Source: a virus
Taxonomy: Duplodnaviria > Caudoviricetes
Strand: one strand, 5' to 3'
DNA length: 64,000 bases
Virus record (IMG/VR): IMGVR_UViG_3300027884_000039
Location: 1 to 64,000 of that record
Below are positions 55,390 to 64,000 of the stretch, one piece after another. Every line of letters begins with the position of its first letter. Positions within the stretch are counted from its first letter, which is position 1. The notes under the pieces are model-generated. The model saw only the letters and a program-made list of their open reading frames with translations. It was not told where the DNA came from and searched no databases. The translations under genes were made by a program, and so were the position numbers.

Positions 55390-56681
55390 AATACATAGCC
55401 TCCCTCATCTGTTGTCTTGCTGCACTGAACCTGCATGCCCAAATCCCTCCGGGGCCAACGGTCTATGCACGCCTGGATAAATACACCTGCCTTCCGCTAG
55501 ATACCGTTCACTTCGAAGTGCATCCTATTCGCGACAAAGAGACTAATTTGTACGTCGAAGTTTATACCGATACCTTTCTATTGTCGCGCAAGACTTTTCC
55601 GATGCCACAGACCGCTATTAAAGGTTACTTGGTGGCACCAGCCATACCTGGCGAATACTGGGTGCGGATATATACCTATACCTCTAATTTCTATGTCACG
55701 CTCCTGTCTGTGGGCGCTCCAGGCAGTAGGCCAAAATTACGCCACTTGCAGGGGCCACTTATTATCGATGATAGCCTGAAAAAGCTACTTGCCCAATTCC
55801 CGGATACCTGCGCCATCAATTCCGGCTATTTATTCCTGCCTAACAACGATCCTAGTAACCATCATGAAACCGACTGGCTAGAATTTAACGGAGTGATCCG
55901 TTACAATAACCGAAAACACCAGCTTGCCAAAGGAGAAGAGTTGGTCATCTTGGTTGACAAGGATAGTACCTACAGACGGTTGCTAGTCCCTATTGACAGC
56001 AATGGAGAGTTTCATCTGACAGGTTTCTACTTTTATGATACGGCGTTCTTCAACTTTGAGATCAATACGCTCTCGGACGACAAGCCGGATATCACGGTAA
56101 CTCCCATAGAAAAACAATACCCCTCATTTATTCCACCAGATATGTATGTCGTGGATACGACGACCTATGTGGCGAATAGCAGGATGCCAATCGATACCGT
56201 GTTCGCCGATTCGCTGCATTATATGGCACCGGCTTATGTAACGCCCAGATGGACAATGCGCAATGCGGTTTTAGATCATAGGTATGCCACCGGCTATTTC
56301 GCCGGGTTCTCCAGGTATAACTATGATCTTAGGGATACCAGTGCTACGAAATATTCGTCCAGTTTAGCCGACTTTCTTCGGCAACAGTTGGGGGGTAGTC
56401 CTCGGGGCGGAGTTCCGGTCGGCCCTCGCCAGTTCCCATTTGGGGAATATAGGGTCTACATTGATCAGCAGGAACTGCGAGACGTGAAACTATTGGATGA
56501 CTTAGACATCCATGAAGACTTGGCATACGTGAAGATCATCGAAGATATGAACCCTGGCATCATGGGTCGGATGATGGACGAGCGGCCTATAATGGCTATC
56601 TACAAACGCAAGGATAAAGACTGCTGGTCGATCCCTGGGAAGCTCAAGCGGATTGGGGTAGTCGGGTATGCGAAAATATAA
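55386..56681 (+). CDS. Secreted host-like protein (MG2-like N-terminus, TonB-plug-like C-terminus)
   Basis: Signal peptide; VYARLDK..C...DTVHF, DHRYATGYF, VYIDQQE...LAYVKII...IMAIYKRK. Confidence 0.65.
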   Translation: MKYIASLICCLAALNLHAQIPPGPTVYARLDKYTCLPLDTVHFEVHPIRDKETNLYVEVYTDTFLLSRKTFPMPQTAIKGYLVAPAIPGEYWVRIYTYTSNFYVTLLSVGAPGSRPKLRHLQGPLIIDDSLKKLLAQFPDTCAINSGYLFLPNNDPSNHHETDWLEFNGVIRYNNRKHQLAKGEELVILVDKDSTYRRLLVPIDSNGEFHLTGFYFYDTAFFNFEINTLSDDKPDITVTPIEKQYPSFIPPDMYVVDTTTYVANSRMPIDTVFADSLHYMAPAYVTPRWTMRNAVLDHRYATGYFAGFSRYNYDLRDTSATKYSSSLADFLRQQLGGSPRGGVPVGPRQFPFGEYRVYIDQQELRDVKLLDDLDIHEDLAYVKIIEDMNPGIMGRMMDERPIMAIYKRKDKDCWSIPGKLKRIGVVGYAKI

Positions 56682-56970
56682 TCAATTCGATATGACAGCA
56701 GACGAACTATACGACCATATCACTAAACAAATAACGCCTGAACGCGCGCTAAGGATGTTGCTGCGTTCGACTGTAGATAAGACTTATGCGCTGGAAAAGC
56801 AGTACAAGGAGATTGTCTTGGAACAAGGCGATTGCCCATTGTTAATCATGGTCGCCTGCGGACTGCTTATGGACTGGCATTTGGCTGTTGAGAAAGGAAA
56901 AGACGATGACCCCGTTCGTGGGATTACAATGGGGACGGAAGAATATTTGAAAAGCATTTTCGGACATTAA
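56668..56970 (+). CDS. Hypothetical protein
   Basis: ORF. Confidence 0.65.
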   Translation: MRKYNQFDMTADELYDHITKQITPERALRMLLRSTVDKTYALEKQYKEIVLEQGDCPLLIMVACGLLMDWHLAVEKGKDDDPVRGITMGTEEYLKSIFGH

Positions 56971-57066
56971 AAAAGGGTATGCCCTGAGGTGAGCAGGGTG
57001 GACTGGAAGGTCCCCCTTTTTTATTTCAAATTTTCGTTGTATCATTGTACAACGAAAATCATTACC

Positions 57067-57279
57067 ATGTTTTATTTAAATCACCGCATAGAGCAGTTCT
57101 TCCAATACTTACCCATCGCTTATTTTATCGCAGCGAGCCTTATTTATGCAGGTTATATCTTCCTGCTGCTATTTGTCAAAAAGAGCGAGGAAGCTAAGTG
57201 GATATATAGAAGTTCTCTTCGGGAAATCTTGCAGGCTACCCTTTATTTTCTCTCCATTTTTCTCACTTTCTTGCCCTAA
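57067..57279 (+). CDS. Small two-TM membrane protein
   Basis: Hydropathy; adjacent to the integrase. Confidence 0.55.
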   Translation: MFYLNHRIEQFFQYLPIAYFIAASLIYAGYIFLLLFVKKSEEAKWIYRSSLREILQATLYFLSIFLTFLP

Positions 57280-57293
57280 ACGGTGCCAAGGCA

Positions 57294-58727
57294 GTGCCAG
57301 CACAGTGCCAAAATCAGTCAAAAACTACCCACATGTATACAGCCAACACGTTGAAAATCAATGATGCCATATCGCCGGACCACCGTCCGTTGATACAGGC
57401 GATCAATCGTAGAAATTTTAAGCCGCTGAAAATCAGAAAGTTCGTATTTTTAGAGAACAAAAATGCCAACGCAGTGCCAAAACGAGAATTCGTTTATTTC
57501 CAGAAGGTTAGGCTCGTCCAGGGCAAACGGATGTACGTAGAATATTACTTCCGCATTCCCCGTGACCTCACCGAAAAGCTTCCCGCCTCCCTCATTAAAA
57601 AGGAGTGGGTAGACGCTACTGGTCGGCTCAATCAATGGGCTCGTTTTCGGGTTTTTGAGAACATCAATAAGATCAAGGACCCCGACTATCCCCAGGTGCT
57701 CCTCCAGGGAGTCAAGGATGCCCTGAGCAATCGTGAACAACCCTTGGACCCCTTCCAGGAATTAATCAGGGAATATAACCGTATCAAGGTAGAAGAACAA
57801 GCTGTCCAACAAGCCCAGGTCCAGATTGTCACGGTGGCGAGTGCCATGGAAAAATTCCTGAAGAATTATCCCAAGGGTACCGATACCTGGAAAAGTCATT
57901 GCGTAACCAAGAGTATTTTGATCGAAGGCTTGCAGGACCGGTTCGACGGCTCTATTGCCTCCCTGACAACTACAGACCTACGGGAGATGCTGAACCTCAT
58001 GTACGAAGCCAAGGAATGGACGAAAAGTACCTTTAATGATAAGGTTGGCAAACTCAAAACCTTCTTTGAATTTTGCAAAGAGACCGGCATCTTGCCGGTT
58101 AATACTGCCGAACTGCTGAAGAAAAAACCCAAGGTTGGCAAGAGTCGCCACATGTATTACGACAAGGAGATGGGGGAGAAAGTAGTAACCCTGCTGTTAA
58201 AACACCCGTCGGCCTTCGGCAAGCAAACTCACGAGTTCTGCCAGGTCATTTATTATACCTGTACGCGGCCTGACAAGGAAACCCGAGCGCTACGGTGTAA
58301 GGATATCCTATGGGATCGTCATCAGATATATATTCCGGCTGACCGGGCCAAGGGAGGCGCAGCCGGGTATATCGATATGGTGCCAGAACTGGAGACTATG
58401 CTACGTGCAATGAAGATCGACACGATGCCGGGGGAATGGTTTCTATTTGGCTCGGAAGGCAAGCCGGGTCCGGTCTGCCACCGGGAATCATATCTCAGCG
58501 AATTTTTCCGCAAAGAAATCCGGGAACCGAACGGCATTTCGGAGGAGTACACCCTTTATGGATGGAAACATACCCGGATCACCCACCTCTTCCAGGATGG
58601 GGCCAGCATCCAGGAAATTATGCACCAATGCAGGCATACCACCCCCAGCGAAACGGAGAAATATTTATATAAAGACTTGGGCCTCAAGCCGCGCGTGGAT
58701 ACCAATAAAAAAACTAGGGAATTTTAA
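57294..58727 (+). CDS. int: Tyrosine recombinase/integrase (start uncertain)
   Basis: Catalytic R (TCTRP..ET..L), K (AKG), HxR (WKHTR), H (CRHT), Y (TEKYL). Confidence 0.93.
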   Translation: MPAQCQNQSKTTHMYTANTLKINDAISPDHRPLIQAINRRNFKPLKIRKFVFLENKNANAVPKREFVYFQKVRLVQGKRMYVEYYFRIPRDLTEKLPASLIKKEWVDATGRLNQWARFRVFENINKIKDPDYPQVLLQGVKDALSNREQPLDPFQELIREYNRIKVEEQAVQQAQVQIVTVASAMEKFLKNYPKGTDTWKSHCVTKSILIEGLQDRFDGSIASLTTTDLREMLNLMYEAKEWTKSTFNDKVGKLKTFFEFCKETGILPVNTAELLKKKPKVGKSRHMYYDKEMGEKVVTLLLKHPSAFGKQTHEFCQVIYYTCTRPDKETRALRCKDILWDRHQIYIPADRAKGGAAGYIDMVPELETMLRAMKIDTMPGEWFLFGSEGKPGPVCHRESYLSEFFRKEIREPNGISEEYTLYGWKHTRITHLFQDGASIQEIMHQCRHTTPSETEKYLYKDLGLKPRVDTNKKTREF

Positions 58728-58791
58728 TTCGTTGTATTATCTTAGCTGCTCTTTTAGTAGCTGGTGACTCGGCTTCGTGTGATTTCCTCTC

Positions 58792-58826
58792 AAGAGCCCC
58801 CTTTATCCCAGGGGGCTTTTTTTATT
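58792..58826. terminator. Bidirectional terminator between int and the late operon
   Basis: aagagcccc-ctttatccca-gggggc followed by a T run. Confidence 0.75.
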
Positions 58827-58952
58827 CGGTGTATTATTGTATATTTATTTGTCGGGCCAGAAAAACCCGATGATAGTTTTGATCTGGCAGAGATGCCCTC
58901 GAAACATAGGATAAGTTTAATACCGGCCCCGGTTTCTACTGGGGCCTCACCA

Positions 58953-59201
58953 TTATAAAGACGTTGGTGTAATACTGCAAGCCGCATCCAGCGAAGTCAC
59001 GAGCGCCTGTAGCACCGTCGCCCAACTCGGCTTAAAGAATCCCAACAAACTCTCCAAAAAGACCATGGCCGGCCTTGCTACGCTATAAATGCCACATAGG
59101 TTAACGGTTTTATCCGCTCCGGGGACGGCAGCCAGCAGGTGCTGGTGATCGGCAATGTGACTATCGATCTGCTCCATCGTCATTCCTTTAATAGGTTGCA
59201 T
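58953..59201 (-). CDS. Small late protein, possibly a holin
   Basis: Last gene of the late operon; amphipathic/hydrophobic C-terminal half. Confidence 0.45.
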   Translation of the reverse strand: MQPIKGMTMEQIDSHIADHQHLLAAVPGADKTVNLCGIYSVARPAMVFLESLLGFFKPSWATVLQALVTSLDAACSITPTSL

Positions 59202-59218
59202 AACTATAATTTTAGTGG

Positions 59219-60907
59219 TTAAAATATAAGTGTCGATCCGTTGGAAAGGGTTACCGTTGTCCCTTGTCCGGCAGGAATCGTGAGTTTCGTTCCATAAAGC
59301 GTTATCTGTACACCGGTCACGGTAAGTGGAGGAGGTATAGGGATCGCGGGGCTACAAGTAACCTGCGTTGTCGTGGTGGCCGTATTCCAATTGTTATCGG
59401 TTACCGTCAGTTGAAAACTATAGGTTCCGGGAATCAGTCCAGTTACAGTTGGCGATACAAGAGAGGCCAGGTTAATCTGCACCGTGTTTGGTCCTGAGAC
59501 CTGGGTCCATAAGTAGGAAACGATCGTCCCTCCCTTGTCGGTACTTCCTGCACCGGATAGGATGACTGTCGAAATGGGGGCAACAATGGTTTGATTCGCT
59601 CCTGCACTGGCAACTGGCGTGGATTCGCTTCCCGTATATCCCACGCAGGGCGCCGTCCCAGCATTGGCTGGGAGCAAGCAATAGGGTGAGGGTGACAAAA
59701 TAATTGGCGCACTGAAAGGATTGATCATGGTCAGCAGCGGCAGGTCCCAGGAGTTGGGAAGCAGCGATCCCTGCGCGCCCAGGACATAGTCGGTTGCGAC
59801 CACTCCGTTACCAGCAACATTACCTTTATTCCGTCCCGCATAATACAAGTTATCTGTTGTGTCCAAGGCAAAGAAACCGAAGACATCCGCGCTTCCTGTA
59901 AAGACAGCGGTAAACTTAATCCCTGGCGCAATCTGCGAAGGGATCGCTTGCACCAGTTCGCCATTAGCACCCGGATTAGGCCATATGGCCCAGGCGACCG
60001 TGGACTGATCAGCTTGCTTGCCATTGCCGAGTTCCCCCACGCTATAGTCTCCCCAAGACCATAAGCTGCCATCCGTTAGGATGCAATAGCTGGCCACAGA
60101 GGAAGTATAGATGGACGCAATGGGCAGCGGGAAGCCCATATACTTATTGAGCGCCGCAGGCAGCAACGTACTCCCGGTATAGGTTCCAAAAAAAATCCCT
60201 CCATACCATCCCCAGCCATATAACTGACCGGATGCGCCGAGCGCATAGGACCAGTAGTTGCCGCCTGCAATATCGATAGCTGCTTCAGGCAGGACAACCT
60301 CCTGCGGATGGGTGAGGTCACTCGTATTTGTGCCCACGATCTGGTTACTGGTGCCTCCCCAGGTCCAAACTGTACCATCGGAACAAAGTAGTTCTACGCA
60401 GCCAGCGGCCTGCACTTTGACCGCCTTTCGATTACCAGGGATCACGATCTGCAATGGCTTCAAGGGCACGACGGTCGCTGTTCCATTTCCCGCAAAATTG
60501 GTCGGCAACGTTCCCCAGGTCCAAAGTGTCCCGTCTGCCTTCACGGCCATCACCCACCCGAATCCCACTTGCGCCTGGATGACGCCAGTGAAAGCGTTCC
60601 CATTGGAATCAGTTAGCAACTGCGCTGGAGCGGAAGTTCCAGAAAGGCTCCCATTTCCTGCTGCGCCACCTGAATTATCTCCAAAGGTCCAGACGTTACC
60701 CTTACTATCAACAGCTAGACCCATATGTCCGCCGCCGTTACAATAGGTAAACGTTAGTCCAGCCGGGACGTTAGCCGGTTGGACGGAGCCCGAGCCGCCG
60801 GGTGCAACCTGCGAAGTACCGATATAGCTGGAATAAAGCTTACCTGTATTATCAATATAGAGGGTCAAGTATTCGGCAGGGCCGACCTGCTTGGACAATG
60901 TTGACAT
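59219..60907 (-). CDS. RCC1-repeat beta-propeller + PKD-like domain protein (tail-associated)
   Basis: Repeats GxVWTFGDNSGG, DGTLWTWG, DGSLWSWGD..GELGNG; ASAGANQTI...SYLWTQVSGP...GTYSFQLTVTDN. Confidence 0.85.
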   Translation of the reverse strand: MSTLSKQVGPAEYLTLYIDNTGKLYSSYIGTSQVAPGGSGSVQPANVPAGLTFTYCNGGGHMGLAVDSKGNVWTFGDNSGGAAGNGSLSGTSAPAQLLTDSNGNAFTGVIQAQVGFGWVMAVKADGTLWTWGTLPTNFAGNGTATVVPLKPLQIVIPGNRKAVKVQAAGCVELLCSDGTVWTWGGTSNQIVGTNTSDLTHPQEVVLPEAAIDIAGGNYWSYALGASGQLYGWGWYGGIFFGTYTGSTLLPAALNKYMGFPLPIASIYTSSVASYCILTDGSLWSWGDYSVGELGNGKQADQSTVAWAIWPNPGANGELVQAIPSQIAPGIKFTAVFTGSADVFGFFALDTTDNLYYAGRNKGNVAGNGVVATDYVLGAQGSLLPNSWDLPLLTMINPFSAPIILSPSPYCLLPANAGTAPCVGYTGSESTPVASAGANQTIVAPISTVILSGAGSTDKGGTIVSYLWTQVSGPNTVQINLASLVSPTVTGLIPGTYSFQLTVTDNNWNTATTTTQVTCSPAIPIPPPLTVTGVQITLYGTKLTIPAGQGTTVTLSNGSTLIF

Positions 60908-60916
60908 AAATATATT

Positions 60917-63900
60917 TTAAAGTGTGTAGTCAAAACTGATATTTGAAACGCTGCTACCAACGGAAACCCCCGGTAAAAACGTCAAGGTTCCTGTCGTGGT
61001 GGAGTTAATAGACACAATCCCGCTTGAATATGAGGTACCGTTGACGTTGACTGCGCCTTGCCCCGCCCCCGTTTGGGTACCATTGGAAGACGTGATCGGC
61101 AACGTGAACGTTAGGACCGTAGACAAGCTTCCTGTCGTTGGCGTTAGCAAACAACCAATGGACACGTGAACTATATTGCCGTTTCTCGAATAATAAGCTT
61201 GGTAAAGAGAACTTGATGTTAAATTCGTGGTATTGGTGAGGGTCGGCGTATAGGTTCCTGAAGTGGTTGTCTGTGGCGTCGCCCATCCTCCTTGTCCACC
61301 TGTACCGCTAGCTGTCCAGACTTGACCGACCGTGGATGAAGTAGTCAGAACCGGGGCATTTGTCAATGTGATCGTTGCGCCTAAAGTTTGGGAGCCCGAT
61401 GCTTTTACCATACCCGGATTGGTGCCATCTGCTGGGCCGAACGTGATCGTATTGCCGGAAATAGAAGCGCCATTAGCGATTGAAGAGGAATTGAATGATC
61501 CTACAGTGGTGACTCCGCTAACAGCAGGAAAGTTTAATGGATAGAGCGTACCAGACATCCCTACCCACCATATCGTATCTCCACTAGGACCAGCCGCCCA
61601 ATGGTCAGCACTGTTGGGCTTTCCGGTAGGGATGATCGTGCCCGCCACCGTTTGCGCACCGGTTCCTGCACTTAAATAAGTCACAGAGGTCAGTGTACAA
61701 GCAGTGACGACGGCCGTACCGTTATACCCCGAAGGACTTACTCCCGCAACAACAATCGTTTGCCCAATAGCGAAGGGGATAAAGGTCTGTGCCGCAAAAG
61801 TAACGGTTGCCGTCGTACCAGTTCCCGAAGCGGCGGTCGTTGGGATGGAGGGAGCATAAAATTGGAAGCCAGCATGCCCAGCCGTTCCAAGGCCAGATGG
61901 GATAGTGACATAGGCTGTCGCAGTAGGCACATCGAACATTATTTTTTTCTGCGCAGTATACGAACCACCGAATACATAGCATCCAGCACACAGCACCTGT
62001 GCGCTATCTCCAAAAGCTGCTGAGTTACTTAATCCTGTACCGGTTGTTATTGTTCCATCAGTATAGCCAGCATTGAGTCCAACATAAATACTATTACTGC
62101 CGGTTGTGTTACTTCTGCCCGCCCCCTCGCCCACGCCGACATTGGCCGCGCCAGTAGTTCCATATAGGGCAGTCTGACCCAACGCCACGTTGAAGTTGCC
62201 AGTGACGTCGTTAGCTAACGCATTGCTGCCGATGGCTACATTATAGCTAACACCCGATCCAAGCAATCCACCGGCCGAGCCGCCCATAATAATATTGGCG
62301 GTAGATGCGCCAGTCAAAGATGTGTTGGACGCTCCAAGAAAAATATTGCTATTGCCCGTTAGCCCCGCTGCGAAGTTTTTTGAAGTCCAGATTGTTATAT
62401 TTCCATTAGGTATAGATGTTGAATTGCTTTGGTTGAATACCCAGGTATTTATTGTCCCCGTAGTCATATTTGCCATCTCAGCGGCATAGCCATTCATTTG
62501 CAAAGCATTGGCTGACCCGTCCGGGGTGCCGTTGAACACGAGCTGGCCAGGATGCGCGGTGCTGCCTAATTGTAAAATATTATAGGTGCCGTTATTGCTC
62601 ATCACCCCCATGGCTATCGGTTGAGCTATTAACCTAGCGCCAGACGGAGCATAATTGAAGGTTAGGCCGGAAGTATTGCCTGTTACTGTATATCCCACCT
62701 GGGTGGAATCGTACAATTGCCACCCTTCAGTGGTAGAATGGAAAAGATTGTTTCCAAAGTTTGCTTCAGAAACCAAGTTGTCAGCCCCCATGAAGTTTTC
62801 TGCTTCAATCACGGAGGACCCTTTGTGGCCGTTTATAAACAATCCTGGGTTTTCGCCCACTTGTAGGGGAAATTTTGAGGCGTATCTTCCTATCGATAGA
62901 TTGCCTTGATTATAAGTCATCGAGCCATCGCCGTTATTATTCCACACCCCTCTTAGCGGCGCATTTTGAAACGTGCTTACCAAGGTAGGCATAGTGCCGT
63001 TATAAACTGCCACCGCAGGAAGGGCACCTCCGCTTGAATTACCATTGGTCGTTTCGGTATAAAATAGATATACGTTGCTTAACCGAGGCACAAGACATAA
63101 ATCGCCTACCTGACCAACGGTCGTATTCACTCCCTCAGCCGTTGTTGTCCGTGGAAGGGCCGAGCCCAAAAAAGTCCAATTGGTTAGGTTGGATGAACTC
63201 CACCAATATCCATCGGTCGGTAATATTTCGGCTCCGTTCATCGTCGAATGTCCCCAACAATACCAGGTCGAACCGAGTTTGGTAAACCAAGGGCCCGAAC
63301 AGCGTGGCAATACCGGGTTAGTCGCGTTAGCTGTCCACACTGCTCCAGCGCCATCGGTCGAACTGAGCAAGTAATCGGCAAAGCCGTAGGTAGTTGAGCC
63401 TACATCCAGGAGCATATACCAGGTATTGCTGGCTGGATCAATGGCCACCCAACTATTATATACATTGGACGATCCTAAACTAGAAGCCGTGATGACGGCG
63501 GAGTGCAGCAACGACCAGGTACTCGGACCGCCAGTGGAGGAATAATATTCATCGACCTGCGTTTCAGCGACATTCACGCCCCAATAGTAGTATCCCAGGG
63601 TTCCAAAGGCACTATTCGTATTATGTAAAATAGACCCCCGGTAATGCCCGGAGATTACGCTGTCCAGGTTATATTTCACCCAGGTCCCCGGAAGACCAGT
63701 CAAGGATTCGGCGTATGCCACATGTGGATAGCCAGATGCATTCGTTTCGGTATACCAATCTTTGAAAACCGTATCGGATGAAGAAAGTCCAAGTAAAAAA
63801 TTATTCACGTCTGCGATGACGGATGGCTCTGCCGTTTGTGGCTTGGCAGTAGAATCGGGGAAAATCGCACCCTTTCTGTTCCAAACCGTATCGATAATCT

Positions 63901-64000
63901 CTACCGTATCCGTACCACCAATGCCAAGCTGACCAATCGCGTATATTGATCCCCCGCCGCCGCTTCCATTTGTGGCAGCAGTGATCTGCCCGGCGGCGTT
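60917..64000 (-). CDS. Tail fibre/spike, 5'-partial, with a glycoside-hydrolase-like 5-bladed propeller, YadA-like repeats and an FCCH-like domain
   Basis: Frame open to the window edge (NAAGQITAATNG...); EPSVI, NPVLP, GPW, DLCLV motifs; NVAIG..AL repeats. Confidence 0.85.
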   Translation of the reverse strand, partial: NAAGQITAATNGSGGGGSIYAIGQLGIGGTDTVEIIDTVWNRKGAIFPDSTAKPQTAEPSVIADVNNFLLGLSSSDTVFKDWYTETNASGYPHVAYAESLTGLPGTWVKYNLDSVISGHYRGSILHNTNSAFGTLGYYYWGVNVAETQVDEYYSSTGGPSTWSLLHSAVITASSLGSSNVYNSWVAIDPASNTWYMLLDVGSTTYGFADYLLSSTDGAGAVWTANATNPVLPRCSGPWFTKLGSTWYCWGHSTMNGAEILPTDGYWWSSSNLTNWTFLGSALPRTTTAEGVNTTVGQVGDLCLVPRLSNVYLFYTETTNGNSSGGALPAVAVYNGTMPTLVSTFQNAPLRGVWNNNGDGSMTYNQGNLSIGRYASKFPLQVGENPGLFINGHKGSSVIEAENFMGADNLVSEANFGNNLFHSTTEGWQLYDSTQVGYTVTGNTSGLTFNYAPSGARLIAQPIAMGVMSNNGTYNILQLGSTAHPGQLVFNGTPDGSANALQMNGYAAEMANMTTGTINTWVFNQSNSTSIPNGNITIWTSKNFAAGLTGNSNIFLGASNTSLTGASTANIIMGGSAGGLLGSGVSYNVAIGSNALANDVTGNFNVALGQTALYGTTGAANVGVGEGAGRSNTTGSNSIYVGLNAGYTDGTITTGTGLSNSAAFGDSAQVLCAGCYVFGGSYTAQKKIMFDVPTATAYVTIPSGLGTAGHAGFQFYAPSIPTTAASGTGTTATVTFAAQTFIPFAIGQTIVVAGVSPSGYNGTAVVTACTLTSVTYLSAGTGAQTVAGTIIPTGKPNSADHWAAGPSGDTIWWVGMSGTLYPLNFPAVSGVTTVGSFNSSSIANGASISGNTITFGPADGTNPGMVKASGSQTLGATITLTNAPVLTTSSTVGQVWTASGTGGQGGWATPQTTTSGTYTPTLTNTTNLTSSSLYQAYYSRNGNIVHVSIGCLLTPTTGSLSTVLTFTLPITSSNGTQTGAGQGAVNVNGTSYSSGIVSINSTTTGTLTFLPGVSVGSSVSNISFDYTL

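Noticed and set aside
1-64000. Stop-codon recoding, as in some crAss-like phages
   Set aside because: Long genes are intact in the standard code and no suppressor tRNA was found.
59219-64000. Diversity-generating retroelement targeting the tail genes
   Set aside because: No reverse transcriptase and no adenine-mismatched template/variable repeat pair seen in the window.

Overview
The whole 64 kb window reads as part of one Bacteroidota (Bacteroidetes) phage genome, probably temperate and podovirus-like (a crAss-like relative). I saw no host housekeeping genes. Genes have A-rich, SD-less translation starts and there are TTTG-N20-TAnnTTTG promoters. Layout: (1) 1-13.6 kb, minus strand: virion cargo/ejection proteins, a muzzle/stabilisation protein, three ring/adaptor proteins and a GroES-like protein. 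(2) 13.7-22.1 kb, plus strand: groES plus a glycosyltransferase/methyltransferase cluster. (3) 22-33.7 kb, minus strand: regulators and an array of small early-type genes separated by mini-tRNA-like RNA elements. (4) 33.7-34.3 kb: AT-rich iteron-like region. (5) 34.4-45.4 kb: SSB, a run of HTH regulators, tRNA-Cys, HNH, structured RNAs, then (minus strand) a cro-like gene, SSAP recombinase, VRR-NUC and primase-helicase. (6) 45.6-57.3 kb: repressor-like gene, ParB-like gene, phosphatases, then an RNA-rich island. (7) Tyrosine integrase, and on the minus strand a holin-like gene, an RCC1/PKD protein and a tail spike. Terminase, portal and capsid genes are not in the window. The best candidate for an undescribed system is 51.0-54.35 kb: two distantly related coiled-coil genes (DIP1984/DUF6847-like and DUF7873-like), each followed immediately by a structured ncRNA. 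The second RNA contains a circularly permuted, YrlA-like tRNA mimic and is followed by tandem anticodon-stem-loop hairpins. tRNAs, a tRNA-like element without a normal anticodon loop and a solo HicB are interspersed, and no Ro60 gene is in the window. All family names come from motif recognition by eye, not from database searches.
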